Source of the DNA: Mytilus edulis
Taxonomy: Eukaryota
Direction: 5' to 3'
NCBI RefSeq assembly: GCF_963676685.1
Contig: NC_092347.1
Location: 12,834,001 to 12,898,000 of the forward strand
DNA length: 64,000 nt
The notes beneath the pieces were generated by a model. It had not been told where the DNA came from. It did no database searches and worked only from the letters and a program-made list of their open reading frames with translations. Position numbers and translations under genes: made by a program. How positions within the stretch are numbered: the stretch's first letter is position 1; each line of letters starts with the position of its first letter. Positions 27,008-40,929 of this stretch are shown piece after piece.

Positions 27008-27930
27008 CATTAAGACAAAACACATTAGCAAAAATGTATTATATGATAATACACAAAAAAAAAAACATACCACAATGACGGGATGTGCAAGTACAGAGCC
27101 ACGTCAATTTGATAACACCAAAAATTTAAAACAGTAAAAGTAATATTCTCAAAGACAAATAATAGAATACTATAACACGTTATTCAGATGATAAACAACG
27201 CCAGCACACAGGATTTAGCTATACATCATGACAATCGTGTATTATTTGTGAAGTTGATATCGAATATCTACCAAAAAGGTCTTGCTATCTTTATATGAAC
27301 TTATTTAGAAAAAGTACGAGACGTTCTTTGACATACCCCAGGTTCATAAACTTTCTGTTCAATCACTGGTGGCGTTTTAAAAAGTCAAAGTAGCAGCTGC
27401 TAGGACTGAATACCGAATAAGTTGGGAAATATATATCCCATGTGCAGGTGAAGTTTGTAAAATGAAAACTATCCATCATTAAGACAAAACACATTAGCAA
27501 AAATGTATTATATGATAATACACAAAAAAAAAACATACCACAATGACGGGATGTGCAAGTACAGAGCCACGTCAATTTGATAACACCAAAAATATTTAAA
27601 ACAGTGAAAGTAATATTCGCAGAGAAAAAAAATAGAATACTATATATAACACGTTATTCAGATGATAAACAACGCCAGTACACAGGATTTAGCTATACAT
27701 CATGCCAATCGCGTATTATTTGTGAAGTTGATATCGAATATCTTGCTATCTTTATATGAACTTATTTAGAAAAAGTACGAAACATACCCCAGGTTCGTAT
27801 ACTTTCTTCTCAGACACTGGTGGCGTTTTATAAAGTCAAAGTAGCAGCTACAAGCTCCTGAATACCGAATAAGTTGGGAACTATATATCCCATGTGAAGG
27901 TGAAGTTTGTAAAATGAAAACTATCCATCA
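27008..27930. repeat. Local tandem duplication, ~469-bp period
   Basis: cattaagacaaaacacattagcaaaaatg occurs at 27008 and 27477; similarity extends to aaaatgaaaactatccatca in both copies. Confidence 0.85.
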
Positions 27931-28965
27931 ATGTTCAAATGAAGTGGATGTAAGCAATAATTTATTGTATGCAACCGTACGACCCCCAAATGACAGAAAT
28001 ATGACGTTTAATCGGATGCCTCCTCCCCCAAATAAAAATTTAAGCGATTGTTTTTTTTGTTTTTTTTTGGAAATAGCAAGTCATGTGTCACAACATTAAT
28101 CATTTAGGAGGGCAAAATGAAGGATCCTAGATAATTTTCTATCATTTTTAGTTTCTTTGTTTAAATAGCGGTTAACCATCTGCCAAAGAATCAGAGTTGT
28201 GAAAACATTGTTTTAGCTTTGCCACTTTTTCTCAATGTTATTGCGGCTATAGATGGATCCAGAGACTTTCGGAAGCGGAAGAGCCAAACATTGTTTGTGG
28301 AAACGGCAACTGTACAATTAATGATCAGACAGTTGTTCAGGTATTTTAATTGATTTTATATAGAATAAACTGTCAAATGTTGAGGTAAACTAAATAATTA
28401 TATATATATATATATAGATAATAATTCATATGTAGGGCACTGACTATTGAACACTTTTAAAAGCAGATTTAAGTTAAACCTGTGAACACCTTAGTCCTGA
28501 TTAACGACATATCACATATTTAATGGAAATAAAATTTAAAGCTCGTTAATTTAAACAGAATCCGACTTGGAATTATTAAATCAGTCAAATGAATTCGAAT
28601 ATATATGCAAGGTTCTGACTGACAACTTGACACCTTTTAACGCTGGTTTTTTTTTATAGATAAAACATGATCACATCCAATCACTTGAAGATATGGTTAA
28701 TTTTTTACAAAATCCCCTGAGACTTATCAATTACTTGAAGAAAAAAAGTAGCCGCACTGTACTGTGCCTTAGATATTCTGTAAAATGCTCACCAGACCCT
28801 GTATTCGAGTTTTATTATATTCCAAATCGGAATATGGACGTTGTGTCATTTGTGTCGATGTCTAATCCAAGCCAGGAATCTGTAGTTCTGTGGTTGTCAT
28901 TGTTATATTTTTAATTGTTACTGGTTTTACTTTCAGATGGAATCGCTGAGTATCGTATCGTTTCA

Positions 28966-29150
28966 CATAGATTACCTTAGCCGTATTTGGTACAACTTTT
29001 TGTAATTTTGGGTCCTCAATCTCGATGCTCTTCAACTTTGTACTTGTTTGACTTCATAACTATTTTGATATGAGCGTCACTGGTGAGTCTTATGTAGACG
29101 AAACGCGCGCCAGGTGTATTAAATTATAAACCTGGTACCTTCGATAACTA
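28966..29150 (+). mobile_element. Retrozyme-like repeat fragment, variant hammerhead
   Basis: gcgtca-CTGGTGA(29080-29086)-gtcttatgtagac-GAAA-cgcgcg-CC; A6 and U16.1 are altered. Confidence 0.8.
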
Positions 29151-29289
29151 TTGAACAGAAAGCGGAAGGTCATTTCAAATCTTCATTTTCTGCTGCTAAA
29201 ATAAAGCAGACCTGCGTCCCTATGTTAAACTGAAATATTGTAAATATTGTATAACGTCTATGTATATTCGTATTTAAGTACTTCTGCAA

Positions 29290-29745
29290 TTTGCTGTTGG
29301 AACTGGTGAAACATATCGTATGTCCGGGAGGAACACATTAGAAATGTAAAAATTAAAATCACAATTGAGAAGCTGAAATCATCTCTTTTGTCATAAAGTT
29401 TTGTTTTCAACCCTCATTGCCAGTTTCTAGATGTAAGTCAAGATACGAGGCAGACTTAAATAAACTCATCATAGATACCAGGATTAAATGTTGTATTCAC
29501 GCCAGACGCGCGTTTCGTCTACAAAAGACTCACCAGTGACGATCGAATCCAAAACAATTAAAAGGCCAAATATAGTACGAACTGTATCGGTAGTATCCTT
29601 TACCTCTAGTTCGATGGCATAGATTCGTTCAACATAGTCACCAAATTTTCCATTAATTAGTGAGAAAATATCGTCTATATACCGGAACGTAAAGTTAAAG
29701 GATATTGCTAACTTCTTATCTTTCTTCCTAAGAAGTTCAATTAGA
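29290..29745 (-). pseudogene. Penelope-like RT fragment interrupted by a retrozyme fragment (29460-29580)
   Basis: FNFTFRYIDD..IYAIELEVKDTTDTV / KSASYLDL, with a hammerhead-bearing piece between the two halves. Confidence 0.8.
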
Positions 29746-31454
29746 AAGTATTTCAAATTTTCAATTATTTAAAAGATTTGGCAAGTACATTACAGCACTT
29801 ACATGTTATAGGTGTATATATAAGACAAGAGTAGTACTTTCCTGTGAACATGAAAGAAGTTATGATATAGTTCAAGCAGGATAATTTGGCAGAGAAGAAA
29901 ATATGCCATTGCACAGCCTTTTCAAACCCGTGATACTAATTATATCAATCATCAACAAAACATTGCAGCATAGGCACTTAGAAATCAATTAATTCAGAAT
30001 TTGTAATCATTTGAAAACATCATAAATATCTTATATTTCTCCGAAGGCGCTTCTGTATTATTTGAGATTTAGTTCATTAACCGCTATTCCCTATTGATAA
30101 ATGTTCAGTTAATTGTATCTGTATAACGGGTATAGAAACCAGGGGTGTCCTGTGGCAATCCCTTGAGATAATGTTACAGTCTACTTCATATGATATGATC
30201 AATCGTTTAGTTATTGTTAATTATCCTGTTTTAATGATAAAAGTGGTTCGACTGGTTGATTTTATACTTCCTGAAAATGTACACAATCTTAAATGATTTA
30301 CGTATCACAAGCCCAGCAGTTTGCACTCTTGTGTTGACATAAATTTACTGGGTGAATTTACTACACAGATTTAGCAATCGCCAGCAATAGAATGCCTAAG
30401 CCGTACTAAACACAACATTCCGGCAGTTTGTTTCGAATCTTATGTTCTTCAACATCATATTGATTAGATTCCAGTGCCACTGTTGAATATTGCTTAGACA
30501 TTCTCATCTCGCGCAATAAATTATAAGGCTGGTATTTTGTAAGACCTCGGAAGGTACCAAGACCTTGTTGATAAATATTCCGTATCAACTTCACAAATGA
30601 TGCATGATGGTCTTAATGTATAGATTCTGCATACTGAAGTTGTTTATCATCTTAACAACGTGTTATATTGTTCTTTCATTTGTCTTTGTTCTATTATTAA
30701 TATTACTTTTACTGTTTGATTGTTTTATGTGATATCCATTTAACGTGGCTCGGTACTTAAACATCCCGTCAATGTGTTTGTATTATCTTTCATTTTTTGC
30801 TTGTGTCTTTTGTATATGCGACTTTTTGTGTTTCTTTGGTTCTTATCACTCTGTACTTTAAAAGATCCCGTCAGTATGATATTGTTCTAGTATATGTCAT
30901 TATGATATATTTCTATTATATTAGAAAATACGTTGAACCACAAACGTCAAAATTATTCAATCGATTTGTGGATTCTTATAAATTCTATATAACTTTTGGA
31001 ATATTTTAAATCTCGCTCTATTTCTGAAATTAATTCTTACATACTTTTGATTTTTTTTAACCCTGTCTGCTAACACTGCCCATCTGAAATTTTAAAATTG
31101 TTTGTATGAACATTGAACGACAAAAATATGTGACGTATATAATTTTCTGACGTCAGACACGCGAATGAATGAATGTGTTTGAAGATAGATGTTTTTGTAT
31201 TCTGTTAAATTGTTTCTTTTTCAAAATTATTGACTGATGTACCCATATTTTGACTACATTATTTATTATGTCTGTTTAGTTCACGCATCATCGTAAATAT
31301 AACAGCATTTAATGAGACTGTCAACAAAGTGATAAAACCAGGTTTAATCCACCATTTCTACATTTGAAAATGTCTGTACCAAGTCAGGAAAATGACAGTT
31401 CTTGTCCATTCGTTTTTGATGTGTTTTGTTATTTGATTTTGCCATGTGATTATG

Positions 31455-31745
31455 TAGTCAGCGCTTCTGTGTTGAGTTATCATTGATATGATCATAACTA
31501 TAAATTAACTGTTAACTAAACTTTGAATTTTTCAAAACCTGAGGCTTTTCTACCTCAGGAATATGTTACCTTAGCTGTTTTTGGCAAATTTTTCGGAACT
31601 TTTGGTGTTCAATGCTCTTCAACTTCGTACTTTATTTTGGCCTTTCAAACATTTGAGTGTCACTGATGAGTCTGTTGTAGACGAAACGCGCGTCAGGCGT
31701 AAATGTACAATTTTAATCCTGGCATCTATCTATGATGAGTTTATT
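31455..31745 (+). mobile_element. Retrozyme-like repeat (second subfamily) with hammerhead
   Basis: gtgtca-CTGATGA(31663-31669)-gtctgttgtagac-GAAA-cgcgcg-TC-aggcgt; core intact, first stem I pair mismatched. Confidence 0.8.
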
Positions 31746-32445
31746 TCCCCATTTCTCTACCTCTCGACAAAATGACAATGTCCCGAGTCGGGGCAGTCTG
31801 CACCTAAAATTAAAAGATAGAACTCCCAATGGAACTTCAAGTGACAAATACTGAAACTTTGTTTACAATTTTTGTTTAACGAATCATGTTATTGACATCA
31901 CTTTGCAACCATTCGTCAGTATTTTATTTTGGTAAATGGGTATAGGAAGGAAGATGTGGTATGAGTGCCAATGAGACAACTCTCCTTCCAAATAAAAATT
32001 TATAAAAGTAAACCTACTTGTTTTTTAATGATTACTGAAAAGTTTTCAAAATTACTGAACATTTGATAGATTGTTACTGATTGTGTCAAAAGGGGATTGG
32101 CATCTATGTGTTGTTAATAAAATGGAATTCGATGCAACTGTCATAGAAGTAAAAGATTTAGCTAGCTATCAAACTAGTTTTTTCAACATTTTCTACATTA
32201 GAAAATGGCTGTTCCAAGTCGGAAATATGACAGTAATTTGTATTTCTCATTCTTTTAATATGTTGTAGTTTTTGATTTTTCCATTTTTAATGAAGGACTT
32301 TCCATTTTGCATTTTCCTTTGGAGTTTTGGATTTCATTTCATTTTCCTCATTAATTTTTTTTTAATTAATATTTAATCGAAGGAAAAGGACACGTTTACA
32401 TTAACAAATTAAATTATCAATCAGCATCAAGGCTTCATTTTGGTA

Positions 32446-33385
32446 TAGTCCAGTCAATCTAAGATTTAATCTCAAACTAATTGCAACAGAAAATGTTTTA
32501 GTTCTAATCTATAGCATTATGCCCTTTATATACACAGAAAAAAGTCCCATAAAATGTAACTTGAGGAAAACTGAAAATCAACATTTTTAATTTCCTATGG
32601 AAATTAACATTGGACGGGGAGACAACTCTTGCAAAAATGAGTCTTTTTTGGTCAGTTTTTGATTGTTTTTCTTGAAATTTATGTAAAGTATGATACTTTA
32701 ATGGGGTTACAAGTTTGTATTTGACTAAATTATATAATCTTCTGCTCATGAAATGTACAAAACCGAAGTGTTATGGGTAGTTTTATTTTTTTTGTGCATT
32801 TTTCATTAAAGAAATTGCAAATTTGAAGCTTTGTGACCATTTAGAAAAAATAATGTCAAAATTTGGTATTGTTTATATCTGTATATTATATTTTTTCAGC
32901 AACTTACTTATCTAAAGAAACTTTAAACCACAAAAAGAAGAATACATGCTTAATTATTTTGATTAAATTTGAGATTCTTTACCTTGACATGTTGAAAAAT
33001 TCTATAAATGGTCAACTAATGAATTACGAAATCTAGATTATAGCTTGATAAAAGATATGAAAACATCTTCAGAGTTGTTTGTTATACTCTAAAGACCGCT
33101 AAAAAATCAAGAATGAATACATTCTGTTGAATAGAAGCCGTAAAGTAATAATTTTGTATCAATTTTATTGATATTTCTGCCTTTTTTGCAAGAGTTATCT
33201 CCCTTTTCAATGCAAATCTCCATAGGAATTTTAAATTGTGATTTTTTTAGTCTTCCTCAAGTTAGATTTTATGGGACTTTTTTCTGTGTATATTTGGGGT
33301 ATAATGCTAAAGATTAAAACTTAAAAATCTTCTGTTGCAATTACTTTCGGGTTAGGGTCAAATTTATGCTAGATTGACTGGACTA
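32446..33385. mobile_element. Academ-type MITE with long TIRs
   Basis: tagtccagtcaatcta ... tagattgactggacta, with imperfect inverted similarity for well over 100 bp, GTA duplicated on both flanks, and TAG termini. Confidence 0.75.
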
Positions 33386-34839
33386 GTAGGAAGTGAAACA
33401 TTGGTTCGTGTATTATTTTTTTTAAATCCCACGTCATTCTGTGGATCGTTTTCAAGAAAGTCATGAAAGATATAAAATCTGCTAAAAGTGTCGAAGTAGA
33501 ATAACTATACGTATTTGTTTTGAATTAGTCTTCAAGACATGCTGTAGATTATAATAATAGATTATAATTTCAATAATTTATTGTCTGTGCACGTTACAAT
33601 AATCTCAGACGTTTTTCTACAGACGATTTATCGTCAGATTATTTGGTGTAACAGTACTAAATACACATTCAGCTTGTATAAAATATGGACAAAATAACTC
33701 ATGGATTGGAAAGATTTCATATTAAGATCATTACTCAATATTAAAATAAAAAAGTAATATATATGTCGATATTGCTTTCGGAAGATAAATGCGTTGATCA
33801 TTACGTTATGTATATAAAGTACAATACGGTTATTTTAACACTTATTTCCACATGGATTTCTTATACTATACGAAAACGCTAAACGAAATACCTTAACTTT
33901 TTTTTAATTGTGTTGTTCATAAGTTTCTTGTGAGTGAAACCTGTAATTTAATTGTAACTAAAATTCTGACAATAATTCTTTGTATTTTAGATCAAATAAT
34001 CGAAACATATATTGAAATGTTATCCTTACTGATCATTTATAACAAATTCTTTCGTAATACTATTTACTGTTGTATGCAAAGTCTACGAACTATATCTGTT
34101 ATGGTTTATGGAAACTATGCCATCTCTGTCGATTCCGATTGGTCTTTAAAACCGGAAGTTCCCACGGCAATAATATAAAAGATGGCGCAAAAACCAATAG
34201 GAATGTACACCTGTCGAGGGAATAAGGAAGATATGGGCTTATCAAGAATAACCCGTAGTGGGAACGTACCCTGGTTACAATATAGACCCTTAATGTGATC
34301 GAATAAAACAGGTGTCTGAGCAAATAGGACAAGCGATATACAGGTCAAACTAAAGATGGTCTCGTGTCAAGGTACCCCCTAGTCAAACAATGAGAACGAA
34401 CCCTGTTCTTACTATATTTCCCATAAACAATAATATAATACATACAATACTATATTTCCCATAAACAATAATTTAATACATACAATATAATACGGACGCG
34501 ATACCTGAAATATAAAGTGTTTATCTCCATAGTCCTTCCGTTCATAATATATAAACAGTCCAGCTTAGAGTAGCGGAACACGAAAATAAGAAGAATGAAA
34601 GTAGAAATGAACTATCTGAGCAACACAAGAAAAGAATGAAACATGATACATATAAACCTATCATCTTTAACTCCTACCCTTAGGCATAACACTACTCCCC
34701 ATTCAGGGTTAAAAAGGGTTCGTTCTCGAAATAAAAATTAGAGACCTACTTGCTAAGCATTTACTTAAAAAATTAAATGCATCCTTAAAATAAACCCTTA
34801 TTCTTCTGTTGGTGATGGTGTTGGCTGGTCAGAGGTCCA

Positions 34840-35712
34840 TTTTTATACGCCCGTCAAAACTTTACACACTTCTTAGTTATATTAATCTTAATATCTGTAT
34901 ACTTTTTGGTGATGATTCAAAATTTCATTTTTGAGTTATTGAGTCTGTACTTTGACAAAAAGGGGGAGGGTTTTTTTACATGTCGCGCCGTATCTCAAAA
35001 ATAATTTATGATTATTGCTTGAAACTGTACACACTTCTTTGTTATATTAATCTAAAGATCTGTATGAAAATGAAAATTTATAAAAGCAATGTAATATCAG
35101 TGTTGCTATATGGGTCAGAATGTTGGAAGATAAGCAAGAGAGATGGAGATAGACTTAACACCTTCAACACCAGGAACTTGCGCAGAATCTTTAAGATATT
35201 TTGGCCAACTATGATATCCAACGCAGAACTGCTACAAAAAGCCAACATGTGCTGCATAACCAACACCATTAAGATCAGGGGATGGAGTTGGATATGATTG
35301 TAGAATCGCCTTGACATGGACACCACCAGTATAGAGAAATGAAGGAAGACCAAAAGAAACTTGGAGACGAATGGTAGATAAGGAAAGAACAGAATTTGGA
35401 TGGAGAACATGGGACAACAAGCAGCAACAGACAGACTCAGATGGAAGGCTTCCATTCGCGCCCTATGCGACACATGGCGCTAACGGGAGTTGTAAGTTAA
35501 GATCTGTATACTTTTTAGTTTGTTTCAAAATTTTATTTTAGTGATATTTGTAAAAAAATAAAAAACAGGGGGGGTTCACATGTCCCGCCGTGTCTCGAAA
35601 ACAATAAATGGTTATTGCTTAAAACTTTCTCAGAAACTATTTATGATTATTGCATAAAACTTCCACACAAGATGTCGTGCATATCATGCGCTCATGGCGC
35701 AGCCGTTTATTC
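34840..35712 (+). mobile_element. Helentron-type element remnant with tandem units, hosting an RTE insertion
   Basis: Starts ttttatacgcccgtc; repeated unit catgtc.cgcc..gtctc.aaaa..atttatgattattgc; terminal stem-loop tgcgc-tcatg-gcgca. Confidence 0.55.
35066..35498 (+). mobile_element. 5'-truncated RTE-clade LINE
   Basis: SVLLYGSECW, LRRIFKIFWP and GRPKETW motifs; 11-bp TSD aagatctgtat at 35055-35065 and 35499-35509. Confidence 0.85.
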
Positions 35713-36629
35713 TTTCATCTCTTAAATAGTTCCATCTGGTAGGTAGCAGCGTTCTTCCTTCCCTAACACCAATTAGAACTAGCTGTCTCTTGTATCTAAC
35801 TTTCTGTGATGACCTGTATATGTTTACTTTTTTCGTTCAAGGTATTAGCCAAAAGGTGTGTTTGATACTGTGATGGAGCTCCAGCAAAAAAATTATCGTG
35901 GGTACAGGCAAAAATGTTCGTGGTTGTCTGTTACTAGTGATATGGGTTGTACTTTCCATATGTTTGTAGGTACTGAGCAATCAATAACAGATGTCAATGA
36001 TTTGGTAGGAATCTCCATCGGTTTTCTATTCAAATTATTTGCAGTTTTCATAGAAAGATCTAAAAGTATTTATTGGTTGGTTGTAATTGGTTCTTCTGTG
36101 TAACTGTATTCTTGAGTATTTAATCAGGTAATTTCTAAGATAGTGTACATGCATATGGTGTTATGATGTTATGGTTTAGGAAATAGTTAAATCTAAAATT
36201 TGTTCTGTTGGTTCTTAATGATTAATACTAGTTGCATTGGAATCTGAAGGTGATGGTTGTTGATGATCATAATTGGTGGCTATGGAAACTAGAGGTGATA
36301 GTTAATGATTATATGAAATGATGGAAGGTTCCAAGTCAATGTCAATGGAGAAATTGTCTGGGGAATTAATTGGTGACAGGTCTTGTCACACTTAGAGAAG
36401 AGTTGGTCTGAAGGAATCATTCAGTAGTTATCTCAATGGTGATAGAGTGCGGGGTTCCACACCTAACAGGTCTGATAAATCCGGCATGCTGGCCTGCAGG
36501 AATTCTGTTAGCTGCCTGATTGTCTCTGATATGAAATCCTCCCTCTGAGTCTCACACACATAGTTGTTTCTGGTGTTATTAGGTTTGTATATTTCTCGTG
36601 GCATTTTTCGTGTTGTCTCTCTCTGTAAC

Positions 36630-38280
36630 CAACACACTTTGGTTGCAAATTAGGACACCAGCGACACTTGATTAATTTATTTAAAAATCACATTCTTTTC
36701 TGTAAGTCTATGAAAGGGTCGGTCTATTTTTGAAAAATCTTTAATGAATTTTCTATGTAAGAACAGGTTCCAAGAAAACTTCTTATATCCTCAACATTGG
36801 TTGACATAGGCCATTACTGTACAGCTTCTATTGTAATTTGATCTGGTGTAATACCATCTGCGTTCACAACATGTCTCAGAAATTAAACTTTCATTTCAAA
36901 AATAAAACACTTTTTAGAAGCAATTTTCAACCCACCCAACTAAATTCTATCAAAAACATCTTGGAGCCTGGTAATGTGCTCCTCAAATGATTAAGTTAAG
37001 AAGACACAAAGATGTCATCTAGGTAGACTACCCAGATGAAATATATTGCATAAGTCTGGAATAGGTGGTTCCAGCATTTCACAGACTAAAAGGCATACGA
37101 TTAAATTTAAAAAGGTATTTACTGGGGGAAAAAATGTTTTAGCCCGAACTTGAGGGTCCCTGCCCACTTGATAGTAACCACTAGCCAAATCGATAGCATT
37201 AAACCATTGATTTCCTTTTAACACATCAATACAGTCCTCTTTTCTAGGCAAAATATATTTATATTTAATAGACATATCGTTGACTAAGCGAACATTTATA
37301 CACAGGCGAAAAGACTTGTCTTTCTTGCGAACAACTACAATAAGGGAGCTCCATTGTGACTGGAAATGACGTATAATACTCCTATCAAGCATAAGTTGTA
37401 TTTCATCGTCAACTTCCTTTCTTTGAGCCAAAGGTTCACGCCGTGGGTTTTGTTTTATAGGATGAGCATCTCCTGTTATTATTTGATGTTGTATTATGTC
37501 CGGCCTACCCAGGTCATTTTTTCTGACATTGCAAAAAGCTCTAGAGTATTTAGTTAAAAGGTCAACTACAATTTTGCATTCATCGGCCTTGGGGTTACTT
37601 TTACACTTTTTCATCACAACTTGCAGGTAAAACTAAATCAGGTTCTGCATTTATGTTTCCCAAAATGTTTTCTGAACATACAGTTTCAGCTGTACCAGCA
37701 CAATTATTTTATATAAGGTCTGGGGCAAATCAGTCATATTCATGACACGTAAAGGTAAATTATCTCCCTTTAATGTGCAAATAGATTTTACAATAAGGAC
37801 TCCCTTATTCTTAAAAGACTGACTAGTATTGCTAAGAATCATGGTTGTACCAGTATAACAATCAATGTGTGATTGATGTACCAAATAAAATTCTTTTATT
37901 GAATAGTCAGACTGTGGACTGTTATTTAGAGAGTCAAATACCTAATTTGTTTAAAATATCAATTGACTATACCTCCCAATAGTGAAACCATTATTCATGC
38001 ACTACCAAATGAGAAACTACCTTATATGAACTCATATCCTAGAATAATAAGTTTTTCAATATCAGCAATCACAAAAATTTGGTATATGTACTGATCGTCT
38101 CTTAAAAATGGTAACTTAACGATGCCTAATGGTGCAACATAATGCTCATCTGCCATTTTCAAAATATTTTCACATGGTTGTAACTAGTTTTACAATGCTC
38201 AGGTAATTCGTCAAAAATTTTGGGGTTTAAAACACTCATAGATGCCCCAGTATCATGCCTAATAATGGCAGTTTTACATA
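36630..38280 (-). pseudogene. Ty3/Gypsy pol remnant (protease-RT)
   Basis: DTGASMSV protease motif near 38240; PIKQNPRR, SQWSSLIVVVRKKD..RLCI and IDLASGYYQV RT motifs; multiple frameshifts. Confidence 0.85.
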
Positions 38281-39949
38281 AACTTGATTGCATTGCTGTT
38301 TAAGTGCGGTTAGTGGACAATCAAATACATGCCAAAGTAGGAGACAATGTAGCAAAAGATCACAAGAAATATTACAGATATCAAATAAAAGAAAACTGTA
38401 AAATTAGGAATCTTAAATTGAGCGAGGTGAATTTCCCGTCTGATTTTTTAATGTAGTGAAACTTGTTTTTTTCTATCAGTGTTGGCTAAACGTCTTCGAA
38501 CCAATTCGAGTTATTGACTTGTTTTTGGTTGGTTATTTTTTTCCAATAAAATTTCGCCTATAAATTCTTCTCCTTTGCCAGACGATACTTCAAGGGGAGA
38601 CATCTAAAAACAAGTCTTATTAAGTAATGAATAAAAAAAAATGTATTTCAACATTGGAATTCTGTCGCTTTTGGATAAAGATTTTCCTGAACATTAATTT
38701 TTCATTAATTTTTCTTTGTTGAATAATTTCGACTTGGTGATGAAAGATAAAGGAATAAATTCTGATTAAGGAATGAGTTAACAAAACTTTTCTTTAATCC
38801 ATCTAGCGGACTGCTTTCTCTCTCTTATGAAGCAGATTCTCTAAAGCGTCCTTTGGTAATCAAATGCTAGACGTGTTTAATAATAAGTTTGTCAATAACA
38901 TTATTGACTTGACCTCATGATCAGGATATAATCCCGGGACCTGTATCAAGTATAAGTCACATTCTTTAAAACGAAACATTTAATAAATATATTTCTCGTC
39001 ATGAAACCTAAATAATCCGCCAATTTATTTTTTCGACATAACTTTTTGTCACTTTTACAGTTAACTAAGAAAATCCATGTAAACGAAATCAAAGTGATTG
39101 TTCAACTGAAATATCCAAGAGTTTATTTAACAGAACACGGATGTGTCATACTAACAAAAATCTAGTTGTATGGTGTTTTATTTGCAAGTAAAAAAAAAAA
39201 CGTTAAAAAAAACAGACATTATTTTTAAATAAAATAGTGTTTAATTCAACGTCATTGACGCTCAAAAATTACGATTTGTCCTTTAAATAAAAGTGTTCAT
39301 CAGAAGTATCAAGATCGAATAGAGTAAGAATTTCCTATTTGAATTTTACTTGTAGTTCGGTATTTTTATTATTTTCCCTTTTTTTAGGCAATATTTCAAA
39401 ATCATGTCATTCACTTCACAGAAAAAGCTATCAGTTTGCATAATCCAATATTGATTTACTTTTTGTTCGTTAATGTCATTACATTATGGGTCAGTCAGAG
39501 ATATTAAAATAAATATATCAATAAAAGTCGAACATTAACAAACTACGCCATGGCTAAAAAGAATTATACTAACACACAAACTATTAAAATGAGAATGGAA
39601 AAAGCGGAAATATGTCACAGAGAAAACCAATGGGTCTTCAGCACAGCGAGAAACTGTCGCATCCAGAAGCCCAAATGGCTTGTAAGAAGTTTTTGTAGTT
39701 GTGAAATTTTGACTACACTCAATTTGGCGATCTCCAATATTGAGGTAAAACATTCATTTGATAATAGCTGATGAATGACAAAATCATAAAAAATCGATAA
39801 TAACATCGAAATAATACATGAAGTTGATACTAGTTCAGTTGGAAAGTTTTGATTTGGGAATGGTAGAAAGTGTTAATAATGAGTGTGCTTTTGGAGCAGG
39901 TAACTGCAATTGAGCTGTAGTTGAAGTATGTATTAACTTTTGGATGGCT

Positions 39950-40430
39950 TCGCCCATTTCTTCGGTTTCTTAGTCAGACGCATGGTACACAGCTAAAGAG
40001 TTCACATATTTGAACCCCGTCACGGCCATGACTTGCAAATTTATTCTTGAATAAAGATGTTGTAGCAGTGGCCTTAAAAGAACTTATAAAGTTTTTGCCG
40101 AGTCCCCCTTTTGTTTACCACACACTGACATTGTCAAGAAAAAATATCTCTGTGGTGCTGCCAAAGACGATTATTTTCAGGGTGCAGTTTGAATAAAAGA
40201 TTGCATACGATTCCACAGGACACAGGGATGAGTCTATATTTCCAGTCACAAAACCACCAAAATTATCCTTTTCGTTGGATCTTTTATTTTCACCCCGGCT
40301 TCATTTTTGAATGGACGTTATTCCAGTATTTGGATTTACTTCAACAATAAAATGTGTCCTTTGTAATTTCTGGTATGTTTTCAAGCCCTCTTCGACAAAA
40401 ATACAGACGAATGCCTTGTTCGGCAATCAC
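39950..40430 (-). pseudogene. Degraded Crypton-type tyrosine recombinase remnant
   Basis: IRLYFCRRGLEN and QVMAVTG..NSLAVY match the copy at 58.9-59.75 kb. Confidence 0.6.
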
Positions 40431-40439
40431 ATGGTGTGT

Positions 40440-40795
40440 ACAAGAGGGACAGTCAAACTCATAAATCGACAATAAACTGATAACGCCATGGCTAAAAATT
40501 AAAAGGACAAACACACAATCAATAGTACACATAACACAACATAGAAAACTAAAGAATAAATAACACGAAACCCACCAAAACTAGGGGTGATCTCAGGTGC
40601 TCCGGAAGGATAAGCAGATCCTGCTCAATATGTGGCACCTGTCGTGTTGCTTATGAGATAATAAATACGGTAAATAGTCTAATTCGGTAGGTCACATTTA
40701 TGAAAGGTAAGGGGAATGTAGTTACGACGTAAAGAACATATCCGATATCATTTGTGAAACGGTTATTCCATAACGGTCAACCAACTCGTGATGTG
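40440..40795 (-). mobile_element. Penelope-like 3'-end repeat
   Basis: Reverse complement encodes HHELVDRYGI.VSQM followed by the shared 3' region; near-identical to 41545-41985. Confidence 0.65.
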
Positions 40796-40929
40796 CAAGT
40801 TAACATATGAATACTTAAATAACGTTTGTGAATGTCACACTTCTCAATTGCAGGGTATAGAGCTGTACATCTCCCTATCTTCATTTGACGATAAAAAATC
40901 GATGTCCTTCATAATATCAAATGTTTATA

